DNA of 62,651 nucleotides, the filler included, from Nemertoderma westbladi (taxonomy: Eukaryota; Animalia; Xenacoelomorpha): assembly GCA_032718475.1 (NCBI GenBank). It is 4 parts of 4 records of this genome, joined end to end, with 100 filler letters (N's around TTAATTAATTAA, not from the genome) between each part and the next. Parts side by side here need not be neighbours in the genome. Positions count along the whole stretch, not along the records: positions 23,417 to 45,930 come from JAUCBJ010006285.1; positions 46,031 to 59,430 come from JAUCBJ010004111.1; 2 more parts are not named here. The stretch is one strand, 5' to 3'. A model generated the notes under the pieces. That model was not told where the DNA came from. It did no database searches and worked only from the letters and a program-made list of their open reading frames with translations. This document shows, one piece after another, positions 39,546-53,200 of the stretch. Numbering within the stretch: the first letter of the stretch is position 1; each line of letters opens with the position of its first letter. The position numbers were made by a program, and so were the translations under genes.

Positions 39546-40638
39546 CTGCAAAGTAATTCAATAACATAATCAAATCATGTTGAAATACTGTACAAACATC
39601 AAGTCTAATACCGGCAGATCTCCTATGCATTTTATTCGCACTCCTGCCTTTGAGGTGATCCAACTGGGACTGCGCACACTCTTAAAATGGGAAAGTCAAA
39701 ATCGTTTAAAAGGTAAATCTAAAAAAGACCACAATCTTAAAATTCCGATGAGGGAGAACACTAGTCAAACGCCAAAGGTGATCGGATGGAGAAGTTGTAA
39801 CATGGTGTTAAATACAATAGTACACGTATCTCGGAGTAACATTTCAACTTTCGACGCAATAAAATTTCATTCATCATCTTCTCCCTCCAGGAGAAATCGA
39901 CGTAAACAGCCGAATACTCCCAAAAATATAACTGTAATCTGTTCTATTGATTTTCGTTTATTGTTTTGGTTAGAATATTTGCGTCAAGTCCCCCCACCAC
40001 CACCCCCCCCCCCCCCCCCACCCCATCCCCGAACCTGACTCGGGTTTTAGGCTACGTACATTGACACATTATCGCAGTTAGGCCCTACAGTTAGTTATTG
40101 TTACAGAAGTAATTATTATTGTTAGTGTTAGTTGTTTGCCACTGTTTTGCCGTAGTTGGTAGTGTACAGTTCAGCAGTTCGGCGAAGGCGTCTCGTCTGT
40201 CTCATAGACAGGAGTTACCTGAACTGTAATAACATCAGAACACACTTCCATTCTGCAGCTGTGAACTGTTGCAGCTGCATAGTATTGCGGTAGCCTACAA
40301 CACAACAGTATAGAATATACCTGATTACCTGTATACTTGACCGCTAGTCTATAACCGTATGTCTGTATGTCCGTTACTGTCTTACAGTATTACTGGGGTA
40401 ATTACAGACCCTGGGGTGTTGGCGCAGTTCGGTAGGGTGGGGTAAATACAGTAGTATGCTCCATACACCATAGAGACTGTTTCTGTGTTGGGGGCGGGCA
40501 AAGGATTTCATTTTAAATTTCCCTCTTACATTGGTTGCCTAGTAACGTCGGCTGGTGGTGGGTATTGTTTAACATTAACGTTTTATTATCTATGTGAATA
40601 AATGAGACTTAAAGAGTTAAAAAAAAAAAAAAATTACT

Positions 40639-42281
40639 GGGGTATATATTTTGCGTAGAGGTATAGCCTATATAGAGGCTACATGAAGGTAGGAGTAGCC
40701 TACATGTAGATGCACGTGTAGGGTGAATGTAGGTAGGTGTAGTCCCATAGATATTAATGTAATTTATGTGTCAACTTGCAGTAATGTGATACACGGTCGT
40801 CAATCAGGATGTATGGCAATAATCTCTGATCTCCACGGTACAATACGGTACATCAACCTGCAGACCTGTCTGCTGTCAGACAACAGGTTTTACTGCATAC
40901 TGCAGTACTGTATAAATATCAAATATCGCGTTCTGATTATACTAAAGTCCCTTACTCGTCATAAATATTAGGCCCTAATAAATTTGAGTATGCTAACGCC
41001 ACGAAAGGCATCGTTCCATTAGATTAACTCGTTCTGATTTATATGTTTATTGAGTAACCTAAACAAACAGCCATCATCGCGGGGACTATAGTCTACCAGA
41101 AACCCTGACCCCCCTCTGCCCCTCTTTATCTGTTTATCAACCATACATCCATGGGACTTGAACAGTACTTCATCATTGAAATGTTTTGGACGTTTTGTTT
41201 TGAAAGTAAAAATAGAGAAGTCTGGAAGTTTTGTTTGTTTTAATTTTTCAGGCAGTCACATTCCACCAACCAGCAACGGTCCCATCCCTTCCCACTATCA
41301 CGCGGACCACCACACTGTTTCATTATAAAGTATTCCCATCTCGATGATGGGAAATAATCAGTAATCCGATGGGGTTCAAATCCCATCTCGAAGTAACAGC
41401 AAAACAATAACACGAAAGTCAATAGCTTTACAGTTATATTTGATTGCATTGAAAGTTAATAGAAAGAAGAAGTTAAATTGCATATCCATTAAAATATCAT
41501 GAAATTGATACGGCAGTTTATAGTAGATTAGAACGGCCACAGCAAGATTTATAAAATGGAAAATAAGTAAAATCAGCACACAATATTATCAATATAGACA
41601 TTGAAGACAATTTAATAAACAAATATTATAAAAAAATATCTACTAACAATCAATACATGATATATATAATATATATACATCAGCGAACTACCATCGCCAC
41701 TCTGGTTCAATCAGTCAGTCCGGTATCATTGTTAGCGTTTTGTTGAATCACCCACTCATCCTCAGACCCTCATGGACACCGACGACGAGCTCTAACCCTA
41801 ACCGTTAGTCGATTCCTCCTTGACTGGAAACATCAGGTTCGGGCCGTTCGGCCCATACAAAGTCATTAGCCTCCATGCCTGAACCCGCAGGATCATAAGA
41901 TCTACAGTATGTATCGGTATATCGTTCAGTCGTTTTTTCCTTTGTCAGTACTGTAGTATTGATAGGCTCCGTCTCGTGGGTATTCAGAGGACCCCCATTC
42001 GACGTATTCGCATCTCCTCCTGGTTGTTTCGGGTACCACCGCCCGCCATATGCGCATCTCTTCGTGGTTGTTCCGGGTACCACCCCCGTTCGCCGCATTC
42101 GCATCTCATCGAGGAAGTTCCGGTCCGGGTACCCCGTGTAGGCATATTCATTCATCATTGTTGTTTTTAAAGACCTACCTACACCTACCTACATTCACCC
42201 TACACGTGCATCTACATGTAGGCTACACATACCTACATGTAGCCTCTATGTAGGCTATACCTCTACGCAAAAGTTATACCC
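40639..42281. repeat. ~100-bp inverted repeat pair (40639-40742 / 42179-42281) enclosing ~1.4 kb
   Basis: GGGTATA..TTTTGCGTAGAGGTATAGCCTA...GTAGATGCACGTGTAGGGTGAATGTAGGTAGGTGTAG and its reverse complement. Confidence 0.85.
41805..42158 (-). CDS. Hypothetical 117-aa protein
   Basis: GC-rich, coding-like composition similar to neighbouring genes; A-rich start context (aacaacaATG); divergent from C1QBP. No homology recognised. Confidence 0.5.
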   Translation of the reverse strand: MMNEYAYTGYPDRNFLDEMRMRRTGVVPGTTTKRCAYGGRWYPKQPGGDANTSNGGPLNTHETEPINTTVLTKEKTTERYTDTYCRSYDPAGSGMEANDFVWAERPEPDVSSQGGID

Positions 42282-42384
42282 GTAATACTGTATCATATCA
42301 GTATAATCCTACCTATAATCGTAGGGGCCTACTGCAGTACTGCTGTACTGACTGACTATATAGTATATACCCGAGTACTGGAGT

Positions 42385-43215
42385 ATGGCTTTACGATTCT
42401 GTATACGTTCCTACGGCAAGCTGCCGAATTCAATATCTACCCATAAACCCAAAGTCGTCGCTTTCGCTAATATATTCAGACAAAGGAATTCCTTGGCTTT
42501 CTCACAACACAAACTCTGCGCCAACATATCTCGATGGACACCGCGGCAAGTCGGAAACTCGCACTCGGTGTTACTTCAACCTCTCCGAAAGGACACCACC
42601 TCGGCGAACTACAACTCCGAGGGCGACAAAGAATTATCCGGATTTCTCGAGGAAGAAATCAAAATGGAGAAAGAACAATCAGTTCCGGCACCGACACTTT
42701 CCGGCTACAATATTGAGAAAAACGGCGCAGAAGTTACTTTTTCTCGGCAACTTGGCGGAGAAGAAATAGTTATAAAGATGAATATAAATAAATCATTGGA
42801 AATGGGCAGTCAGAGCCAGGACGACGAACAGGATTTAAACGAGGCGGGTAATATGGGGAGCATAGCGAGTGTGCCGGTAATAACGATAGATATACGGAAA
42901 CCCGGGAGTAGGATGATGAGTATAACAGGCACCTTTACTGAGGATATCCTCAGGAAAGACCTTGACGGTGATATTAATGTGCTTGAGGTGCAAGAGGTTG
43001 CTCTGCATGATGGGGAATGGAAGGATTCAACTTATTCAGTGTCCGGGGATGTTATGGACCAGACGATGTACGATCTGATTCTAGGGATGTTGGAGGAAAG
43101 AGGTTTGGATGCCGACTTTCTGCAGTCGTTGCAGCAGTTTAGCACTTCGTATGAACACAGACAGTACGTTGGGTTCCTGCAGGAGTTTAAGCGGTTTGTA
43201 GACCACACTAATTAG
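42385..43215 (+). CDS. C1QBP: C1QBP/p32 (MAM33 family) mitochondrial matrix protein, intronless
   Basis: Basic N-terminal presequence; EGDKELSGFLEEEIKMEK; YSVSGDVMDQTMYDLILGMLEERGLDADF...YEHRQYVGFLQEFKRFV. Confidence 0.92.
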   Translation: MALRFCIRSYGKLPNSISTHKPKVVAFANIFRQRNSLAFSQHKLCANISRWTPRQVGNSHSVLLQPLRKDTTSANYNSEGDKELSGFLEEEIKMEKEQSVPAPTLSGYNIEKNGAEVTFSRQLGGEEIVIKMNINKSLEMGSQSQDDEQDLNEAGNMGSIASVPVITIDIRKPGSRMMSITGTFTEDILRKDLDGDINVLEVQEVALHDGEWKDSTYSVSGDVMDQTMYDLILGMLEERGLDADFLQSLQQFSTSYEHRQYVGFLQEFKRFVDHTN

Positions 43216-43976
43216 ACGTGTAAGTCTCAGCGTTTACGGCGCTCTTTAGTCAGTCGGGCAGATGATGCAGGTCTACTAATGATTGATCGCAATCTGCAGA
43301 CTGAATCTCATTTGTCTTCGTTCGCGAAGAATATTTCTATAAATATATGCCGTTTATTAACTAAATAAACTGATACAATGTCACTGTTTTGCTACTATAA
43401 TGTGCTCCTTATTGTGGAACCATCTTGTGTTAAAATATAGTTAAAAATTAGATCACAAACGTTATCAATTTGAATCAATAACTTTCCCATCATTTTGAAT
43501 AATGATAAAAGAACGAAATGTTAATTGTAATTGTCTCCCAAAAGAGTTGTAATTTTATCTATCAATATTATTATAATTCCGAACAACTTCATAAAATCAA
43601 ATCTAAAAAACTTAATAAAATCCAATCTAAAATCCTTTCCGTTGGGGGGAGTGTTGGGGGATATGAGAAGGGTACGTAATAATAAATTGTCCTCTCCATG
43701 TCTCATAATAAAATTAATTTTTCTAACAAACCGCCACGCCCCCATCCTTATTGCTTAAAATTTGCAACAGTTGGCCTACTGTAATAGATAATACCATGTT
43801 TTGAGCCAATGGCGCAATTTTACCGCAAACACCAAATGTGTGTTTAGTGGATTTGACAAATTAATTTGATTTAATTTTAAAACATTAAGGGAAAAGAGCA
43901 GTTTAACAGTGGCCGTTTTTTCTAACCAAAACAATAAATAAGACTTATTTCCCTTGCGGTCAATTTGCGGTGGCGA

Positions 43977-45565
43977 CAGTGCCGGATTAAGCCTCTGGTG
44001 GCCCTAAGGCACATTTTAGTAATTTCCAAAAATGGCCCGAAAATTTATATTTTTCCGCAAACCCTTTCAAAAGAAAAAGCTGCTAAAAACAACTGAAATT
44101 GTGAAAATGTTGCGATGGAAATGTACAGTATTTTCGTTGGATGACTGCGTGCAAATAGTACTATTTTGTGATAGACAAAGTGTAGCAGTTACAAAATCGG
44201 TTCTAGAAGATCCAAATGGCGATGTTTTACAAACCAATATTCACGATTGTAGCCCTAAAGATGCTAAACATTTTGGTCTATTATGTTTAATGGAAATTGA
44301 GTTAAAAATAAAAAAGTAGTAGGGAATTTAGTGATGAAAAAAGTCAAAATCGACAAACTGATAAAAAGGTTGTTTTATACAGAGAGGCATAAATATCAGC
44401 AATATATTATGTTGTTGAAAAGAGCAGTTTTGAGGTCAAAAAATAATTCAATGTTGAAAACAGATATCACCTTTTATGAAAGCCCTTCTTTCAAACAGCA
44501 AAAAATTGTGTAAATTTTCGAAAATTTCATTTCTGTAGGGGTTATAGTGAGCCCCCTTAAAGCTGACTGGTCCCTGTAGGTATTTAGCAATTTTGATCGG
44601 ATCGTGGAAATGTGTTATTTATTTGCTGTAGGGTAGGTTTCACTTTACTTATCTTTACTGGACTTGCTGAGAAATATAACACACCAAAAGTGTGGGGCTT
44701 TAGTGCAAAGATATAATATTTCTGATCTAGATTTGGACTTGCTGAGAAAGTAATGTTTTTCGATAAGAGAACAGTCTCGGAAATAAGTACTTTTTGTCAC
44801 TAATTTTAATTTACCCAAATTCAATTATGCTGTCCGAGAGTTTTAGGTTTTGCAGGAATTGCACCTAAAATGCCAAATTTGACACCTAAAATGCAAAATG
44901 CAATACACGAGGGCAGAACATCTGAATTTCGGTTAAATTAAATTACAGTAGTGACAAGAAGTTATTTCTGACACGGTTTTTTTTATCAACAACTATTTTA
45001 TCTACAATTAATTTATCCTTTTTTTTTATCTATTAGGGCCTATATTTATAAAACCCGTTTCCGGTGAAAAAAATTAATTTCGCACTGCCATCTCCAGGCC
45101 GTACAAATTTACGACCTTGATTTACGATGTACAGTATTTCCAGTATGCAGGCATGTCACCACGTCATTATTTAGTTGTTCTGGAAAGTTTTAATTACTGT
45201 ACATACAGTAACTACTGTACAAATAAATCCCCACAAATAAACAAATTAAATTCTCCATTGTTCATAATAAGCACTTTAAAGTTTTACTGCCCATGTTTTA
45301 TTATTTCCCTGCTATCAGGTCTTGAACTAATAACACAAGCAGCTGTCGGTCGATTGAGCTACAATTTTGCAATTTCTACCACAAATCTAGTGATAGGAAG
45401 TAGTCGAAAGATGCACTTTTGTTCTGTTTTCTAGAAATTTTAGTGAGAAAAAATGTGGACTTTTCAGATAAAAATAATTTTTTTCACAGGAATGACTCGC
45501 TGAGAAAAAATAGCCCGTATTTTCGTCTGGCCCTAAGGTCGTACCTTAAGGTTAATCCGGCACTG
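43977..45565. mobile_element. Non-autonomous hAT-like element inserted in an older repeat
   Basis: TIRs CAGTGCCGGATTAA / TTAATCCGGCACTG. 8-bp TSD ggtggcga / gctggcga (1 mismatch). Subterminal tggccctaagg at both ends. Confidence 0.85.
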
Positions 45566-45930
45566 GCTGGCGATCACAATAATTGTCAATTAAAGTCAAT
45601 GTGCGCCACTATCTGTATGTTTTCACTGTTTATTGAGAGAGAAATTACTGTTTCTCTAACAATATTGCGCACAATAATGATTTATTGAAGTTTACAACCA
45701 ATGGTAACAGTAGAGATTAAATTACCAACTTACGCAAATAAAGTAAATGATTTATGTATTTATAACATAATATTCAATAATGGAATACTAAAAATATTAG
45801 AATATTATTTGTTTTGAAGTCCGTCACCCGCGCTGATTAAGTTCAAATAAAACTACTGTACTAAAGTAGATATGAACTCTGATCCGAACCAAATAGCTCT
45901 TCCACTGAAATATCGAATTTAACAAGTAGT

Positions 45931-46030
45931 NNNNNNNNNNNNNNNNNNNNNNNNNNNNNNNNNNNNNNNNNNNNTTAATTAATTAANNNNNNNNNNNNNN
46001 NNNNNNNNNNNNNNNNNNNNNNNNNNNNNN
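45931..46030. other. Artificial contig spacer
   Basis: N-TTAATTAATTAA-N, 100 bp. Confidence 0.98.
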
Positions 46031-49000
46031 GCCCCTATGCCCTTTATTGTTTGGGTTCCTATTTTCCCAGCTGATATAATAATATTAACTCCACACAGCG
46101 CCCCTATGCCCTTTATTGTTTGGGTTCCTATTTTCCCAGCTGATATAATAATATTAACTCCACACAGCGCCCCTATGCCCTTTATTGTTTGGGTTCCTAT
46201 TTTCCCAGCTGATATAATAATATTAACTCCTCACAGCGCCCCTATGCCCTTTATTGTTTGGGTTCCTATTTTCCCAGCTGATATAATAATATTAACTCCA
46301 CACAGCGCCCCTATGCCCTTTATTGTTTGGGTTCCTATTTTCCCAGCTGATATAATAATATTAACTCCACACAGCGCCCCTATGCCCTTTATTGTTTGGG
46401 TTCCTATTTTCCCAGCTGATATAATAATATTAACTCCACACAGCGCCCCTATGCCCTTTATTGTTTGGGTTCCTATTTTCCCAGCTGATATAATAATATT
46501 AACTCCACACAGCGCCCCTATGCCCTTTATTGTTTGGGTTCCTATTTTCCCAGCTGATATAATAATATTAACTCCACACAGCGCCCCTATGCCCTTTATT
46601 GTTTGGGTTCCTATTTTCCCAGCTGATATAATAATATTAACTCCACACAGCGCCCCTATGCCCTTTATTGTTTGGGTTCCTATTTTCCCAGCTGATATAA
46701 TAATATTAACTCCTCACAGCGCCCCTATGCCCTTTATTGTTTGGGTTCCTATTTTCCCAGCTGATATAATAATATTAACTCCACACAGCGCCCCTATGCC
46801 CTTTATTGTTTGGGTTCCTATTTTCCCAGCTGATATAATAATATTAACTCCACACAGCGCCCCTATGCCCTTTATTGTTTGGGTTCCTATTTTCCCAGCT
46901 GATATAATAATATTAACTCCACACAGCGCCCCTATGCCCTTTATTGTTTGGGTTCCTATTTTCCCAGCTGATATAATAATATTAACTCCTCACAGCGCCC
47001 CTATGCCCTTTATTGTTTGGGTTCCTATTTTCCCAGCTGATATAATAATATTAACTCCACACAGCGCCCCTATGCCCTTTATTGTTTGGGTTCCTATTTT
47101 CCCAGCTGATATAATAATATTAACTCCACACAGCGCCCCTATGCCCTTTATTGTTTGGGTTCCTATTTTCCCAGCTGATATAATAATATTAACTCCACAC
47201 AGCGCCCCTATGCCCTTTATTGTTTGGGTTCCTATTTTCCCAGCTGATATAATAATATTAACTCCACACAGCGCCCCTATGCCCTTTATTGTTTGGGTTC
47301 CTATTTTCCCAGCTGATATAATAATATTAACTCCTCACAGCGCCCCTATGCCCTTTATTGTTTGGGTTCCTATTTTCCCAGCTGATATAATAATATTAAC
47401 TCCACACAGCGCCCCTATGCCCTTTATTGTTTGGGTTCCTATTTTCCCAGCTGATATAATAATATTAACTCCACACAGCGCCCCTATGCCCTTTATTGTT
47501 TGGGTTCCTATTTTCCCAGCTGATATAATAATATTAACTCCTCACAGCGCCCCTATGCCCTTTATTGTTTGGGTTCCTATTTTCCCAGCTGATATAATAA
47601 TATTAACTCCTCACAGCGCCCCTATGCCCTTTATTGTTTGGGTTCCTATTTTCCCAGCTGATATAATAATATTAACTCCTCACAGCGCCCCTATGCCCTT
47701 TATTGTTTGGGTTCCTATTTTCCCAGCTGATATAATAATATTAACTCCACACAGCGCCCCTATGCCCTTTATTGTTTGGGTTCCTATTTTCCCAGCTGAT
47801 ATAATAATATTAACTCCACACAGCGCCCCTATGCCCTTTATTGTTTGGGTTCCTATTTTCCCAGCTGATATAATAATATTAACTCCACACAGCGCCCCTA
47901 TGCCCTTTATTGTTTGGGTTCCTATTTTCCCAGCTGATATAATAATATTAACTCCCCACAGCGCCCCTATGCCCTTTATTGTTTGGGTTCCTATTTTCCC
48001 AGCTGATATAATAATATTAACTCCACACAGCGCCCCTATGCCCTTTATTGTTTGGGTTCCTATTTTCCCAGCTGATATAATAATATTAACTCCTCACAGC
48101 GCCCCTATGCCCTTTATTGTTTGGGTTCCTATTTTCCCAGCTGATATAATAATATTAACTCCACACAGCGCCCCTATGCCCTTTATTGTTTGGGTTCCTA
48201 TTTTCCCAGCTGATATAATAATATTAACTCCACACAGCGCCCCTATGCCCTTTATTGTTTGGGTTCCTATTTTCCCAGCTGATATAATAATATTAACTCC
48301 TCACAGCGCCCCTATGCCCTTTATTGTTTGGGTTCCTATTTTCCCAGCTGATATAATAATATTAACTCCTCACAGCGCCCCTATGCCCTTTATTGTTTGG
48401 GTTCCTATTTTCCCAGCTGATATAATAATATTAACTCCACACAGCGCCCCTATGCCCTTTATTGTTTGGGTTCCTATTTTCCCAGCTGATATAATAATAT
48501 TAACTCCTCACAGCGCCCCTATGCCCTTTATTGTTTGGGTTCCTATTTTCCCAGCTGATATAATAATATTAACTCCTCACAGCGCCCCTATGCCCTTTAT
48601 TGTTTGGGTTCCTATTTTCCCAGCTGATATAATAATATTAACTCCTCACAGCGCCCCTATGCCCTTTATTGTTTGGGTTCCTATTTTCCCAGCTGATATA
48701 ATAATATTAACTCCTCACAGCGCCCCTATGCCCTTTATTGTTTGGGTTCCTATTTTCCCAGCTGATATAATAATATTAACTCCTCACAGCGCCCCTATGT
48801 CCTTTATTGTTTGGGTTCCTATTTTCCCAGCTGATATAATAATATTAACTCCTCACAGCGCCCCTATGCCCTTTATCGTTTGGGTTCCTATTTTCCCAGC
48901 TGATATAATAATATTAACTCCTCACAGCGCCCCTATGCCCTTTATTGTTTGGGTTCCTATTTTCCCAGCTGATATAATAATATTAACTCCTCACAGCGCC

Positions 49001-50238
49001 CCTATGCCCTTTATTGTTTGGGTTCCTATTTTCCCAGCTGATATAATAATATTAACTCCTCACAGCGCCCCTATGCCCTTTATCGTTTGGGTTCCTATTT
49101 TCCCAGCTGATATAATAATATTAACTCCTCACAGCGCCCCTATGCCCTTTATTGTTTGGGTTCCTATTTTCCCAGCTGATATAATAATATTAACTCCTCA
49201 CAGCGCCCCTATGTCCTTTATTGTTTGGGTTCCTATTTTCCCAGCTGATATAATAATATTAACTCCACACAGCGCCCCTATGCCCTTTATTGTTTGGGTT
49301 CCTATTTTCCCAGCTGATATAATAATATTAACTCCACACAGCGCCCCTATGCCCTTTATTGTTTGGGTTCCTATTTTCCCAGCTGATATAATAATATTAA
49401 CTCCACACAGCGCCCCTATGCCCTTTATTGTTTGGGTTCCTATTTTCCCAGCTGATATAATAATATTAACCCCCCACAGCGCCCCTATGCCCTTTATTGT
49501 TTGGGTTCCTATTTTCCCAGCTGATATAATAATATTAACTCCACACAGCGCCCCTATGCCCTTTATTGTTTGGGTTCCTATTTTCCCAGCTGATATAATA
49601 ATATTAACTCCACACAGCGCCCCAATGCCTTTTATTGTTTTGGTTCCTATTTTCCCAGCTGATATAATAATATTAACTCCTCACAGCGCCCCTATGCCCT
49701 TTATTGTTTGGGTTCCTATTTTCCCAGCTGATATAATAATATTAACTCCTCACAGCGCCCCTATGCCCTTTATTGTTTGGGTTCCTATTTTCCCAGCTGA
49801 TATAATAATATTAACTCCTCACAGCGCCCCTATGCCCTTTATTGTTTTGGTTCCTATTTTCCCAGCTGATATAATAATATTAACTCCTCACAGCGCCCCT
49901 ATGCCCTTTATTGTTTGGGTTCCTATTTTCCCAGCTGATATAATAATATTAACTCCTCACAGCGCCCCTATGCCCTTTATTGTTTTGGTTCCTATTTTCC
50001 CAGCTGATATAATAATATTAACTCCACACAGCGCCCCTATGCCCTTTATTGTTCGGGTTCCTATTTTCCCAGCTGATATAATAATATTAACTCCTCACAG
50101 CGCCCCTATGCCCTTTATTGTTTTGGTTCCTATTTTCCCAGCTGATATAATAATATTAACTCCTCACAGCGCCCCTATGCCCTTTATTGTTTGGGTTCCT
50201 ATTTTCCCAGCTGATATAATAATATTAACTCCTCACAG
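46031..50238 (+). repeat. 69-bp tandem array (61 units, truncated by the contig edge) derived from a DENND1 splice acceptor plus exon start
   Basis: Unit: CGCCCCTATGCCCTTTATTGTTTGGGTTCCTATTTTCCCAGCTGATATAATAATATTAACTCC(A/T)CACAG. The next copy of cacag|CGCCCCTATGCCCTTTAT at 50239 continues into the real exon. Confidence 0.95.
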
Positions 50239-53200
50239 CGCCCCTATGCCCTTTATCGTCGGGGTCCATTTATCCCTTCTACCCTACGTGGATACGATGA
50301 ACGCCGTAGTCTTCGATATCGATACAAACAAACTCGTAAATCCCCACGAAGATATCAAGTTAATCCCTCAAGGAATTGTGAGTTTAGGTTTATTTTATTA
50401 ATTAACTGTAATAATAATCATAATCCTAATCGCCTTTATTGCCGAATTGTAGAGAATGTTTTGGGATATGTAACTTGATCTTTATATTCTATTGGGGTAT
50501 CTGTAGTGTTAATAGATAGTTGAAAACCCAAATTCCAAATGTGGGTTAGGAATAGCCAGGGTTTTTAATTGACCAAATGTTCTATGGCACTGGCGCCAGG
50601 CGCCATAGAGAATTTAATACTACCACTACTACAGACAGATACTACCGCCGTACTACTTTACCACCTACTAGTAGTTTCGCAGTGGGCTTACGGCGTAGTT
50701 TATTTGCTCAGCAAAAATAAATAAAAATTAAACAACTAACATTCATATTAATTAATATAACATAATTAATATGATGAAAATGAATGAAAAGGACTAGAAT
50801 TGCTCAACATCGGGTAACATTCTGGTATACCTAAAATATGTGAGAATTCAAAACCTAACAAATAATTGTAATCCTTTATATAAATATATAAATAAACTTC
50901 TAACTTTACGTTTCAAATTCAATTCTTGCAATTTTTAATGATACTATTACCTACAACGGAAGTGAAATTTTTGAAAATGTAGAAAATTTTGAAATGTTGA
51001 TGTTTTTGTACTGTTTTAACTGTTTTGAAGTTTGATAGAACGGCTTTACTGTAATGGGTTGACATCGGTTTTCGCCAGCATTGAATTATTTTTTTACCAC
51101 AAAACTGCGATTTACTTTTTTATTTTTACTCAATTGTCATCATAAACCTTCTTTAGGGCTACAATCGGGCAGCCTTGAATAGGCTTTCCAGGATTTGGAA
51201 GTCCCATGGAATTCATGGGAAACTTAAGGTTCGATTATTTAGAGCAGCAGTAGTTCCTGTACTCCTCTATGGAAGTCCATGCTGGGCTCTAACTGCTGAG
51301 GATACCAAATCTCTGGATGCCACATTCACAAGAATGCTACGCCGGGTTCATTGTATCAAGTACAATCAACACATCTCCAACCAGACACTATATATAACAT
51401 TGGAGGTGTCTCATTGGTTTCCCCAAGCTTGACACTAGAAAAATAACCGCCTCCGCTTTGCATGATATTGCTTTCGCCATGAGGACCACCTAGTGCATAA
51501 TCTTGTACTTTGGCAGCCTCATGGAGTGAATAAACTTTAGATATTAGTGCTCATACAAAAGCTGGTGGAGTAAAGAAAGCAAATGGTTGGATAGTTATCC
51601 GCGCCCTCCCTGCCTTATAGGTAACAGCCAAGAGAGAGGATCTTTCGGGTTGCCTCCGGTGCTTCGTGTTTCACACTTTCACGGATAGCTTTACACAATG
51701 GGCAATGGTATCGTTTATTGATTTGGTTATGAAGACACGCTTCCGTAACCGGCTCGTTCCCTTCATTTTGCAACGATATCGTTTAAAATTACCTTGGATA
51801 CTAAAATCAGCTGTGATACTTTTCCTAAATTGCCGTTTTTTACTGTGTGAAACTTAAAAATGTTCAACTTTAATAATTTAACCTATCACTAATATTCATA
51901 TAATACTTAACCTATTTTATAATAATTATAATTATAAATTTGTCTTCAGAGTCAGGTTGCCAAACTTTTTGCGAATTCTATATTAATTAATCTATGTTTT
52001 TGTGTCACGTTGTCAGCTTATCTGTGTAAATTTAAGGTAATTTAATATCGTATCTGTATATAAAATATAATTATTTTCCGTGTAATTACTCTAACTTTAA
52101 AGTGAAAATGGGGCATGGGGCATCAAAGTTGTAAACATTTTTACTTATTGCAACATTTCATGTATTGAGTAATAAGTTATATCAAATTGTAGCCTGATTG
52201 TAGCGTTTATGGTTTTGCCTTTATTGGAACAATCTGCTATAGTTGGTGTTAGCTAGTATTTCAATTTATTAATAATATAAAAAGTTTATTTGTTTACATT
52301 GGTAACCCTTAGTACAACCGTAAATCAATTTCGAAGTTACAGCTGTTAATAACAAAACACTGAACAAACACATTTAAGTTATGTGGTAATTATGTATAAT
52401 ATAGGATTTTTTTTATTCCTAAATTAATAATAATGTTAAATAATAATCCGCACAATTTTGTTTTAAGGATCTTTTGACATAAATTTTAATATAATTTATA
52501 AACTGGCCGCTTTTGGGGTTTGATACGTCTCCAGCCTGGGGCCAATGACTCAAGTTCATCCATCATTGTATTGAAACGATTATTCCAATTTTCTATAACC
52601 TCATCAATATCTCTCTTCTCCAATGCACCAGGTTTCTTGAATGTTGATTTGGGAACTTTACGTATTTTTTTCGGCACCATAACTTTGTTTACCTTTTCCA
52701 TCTGACTCTGGTTCTCTACCTCTTTCAGGCTGTCTACGTTTTTCGTTTGGTTCCTAAGGTGAGGCAGGCTTTTGCTGAATGTTTGTTTAGTGGTAGCAGA
52801 GAAACTTCTTCTACTATATTCACTAGTTACTCGCGATACGCCTTTACCTTCTGTGATTTTGGCTACAGATATCTCCTTGTGACCTGGAAGTTGTTTCGCT
52901 TCCAAGGATTTAGATGAGATTTGATTTTGAGCAGAGATTTTCCTGGATTTTCTAGCTGTAGCCATTGTAGTAGCTTTCCTCATAAAACTATCTTGTGATG
53001 TTTTGTTATCTTTATCTTCCTTTAGTGCCAATCCCGCTTTCTTTGGTTCAGGTTTCAAATTTTTAACGGGTAGTTTATCGCTCTTCCTTCTATTTCCCTC
53101 TGGTTTATTGACTGATTCTCGTTTCAAAGTGGAGTTTGAGTTTGTTACCAGCTCTGTTGGGGCCTCACGAATTGATTCTATGCTAATATTTTGCAATCCC

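Noticed and set aside
40219-40294. First exon of the coiled-coil gene
   Set aside because: AG/GT-bounded on the minus strand, but the frame examined ends in phase 0 while the next exon needs phase 1, and no homology was recognised.
41792-41803. Telomeric repeat
   Set aside because: Only about two imperfect CCCTAA units; expected by chance.
46031-50238. CRISPR-like array
   Set aside because: No unique spacers, units are contiguous, the context is eukaryotic and there are no cas genes. The same applies to the 27-bp array.
46037-50401. 1454-aa repeat protein as a stand-alone gene
   Set aside because: Only 50239-50377 is a conserved exon. The ORF start is set by the contig edge and its end reads through a gtgagt donor.
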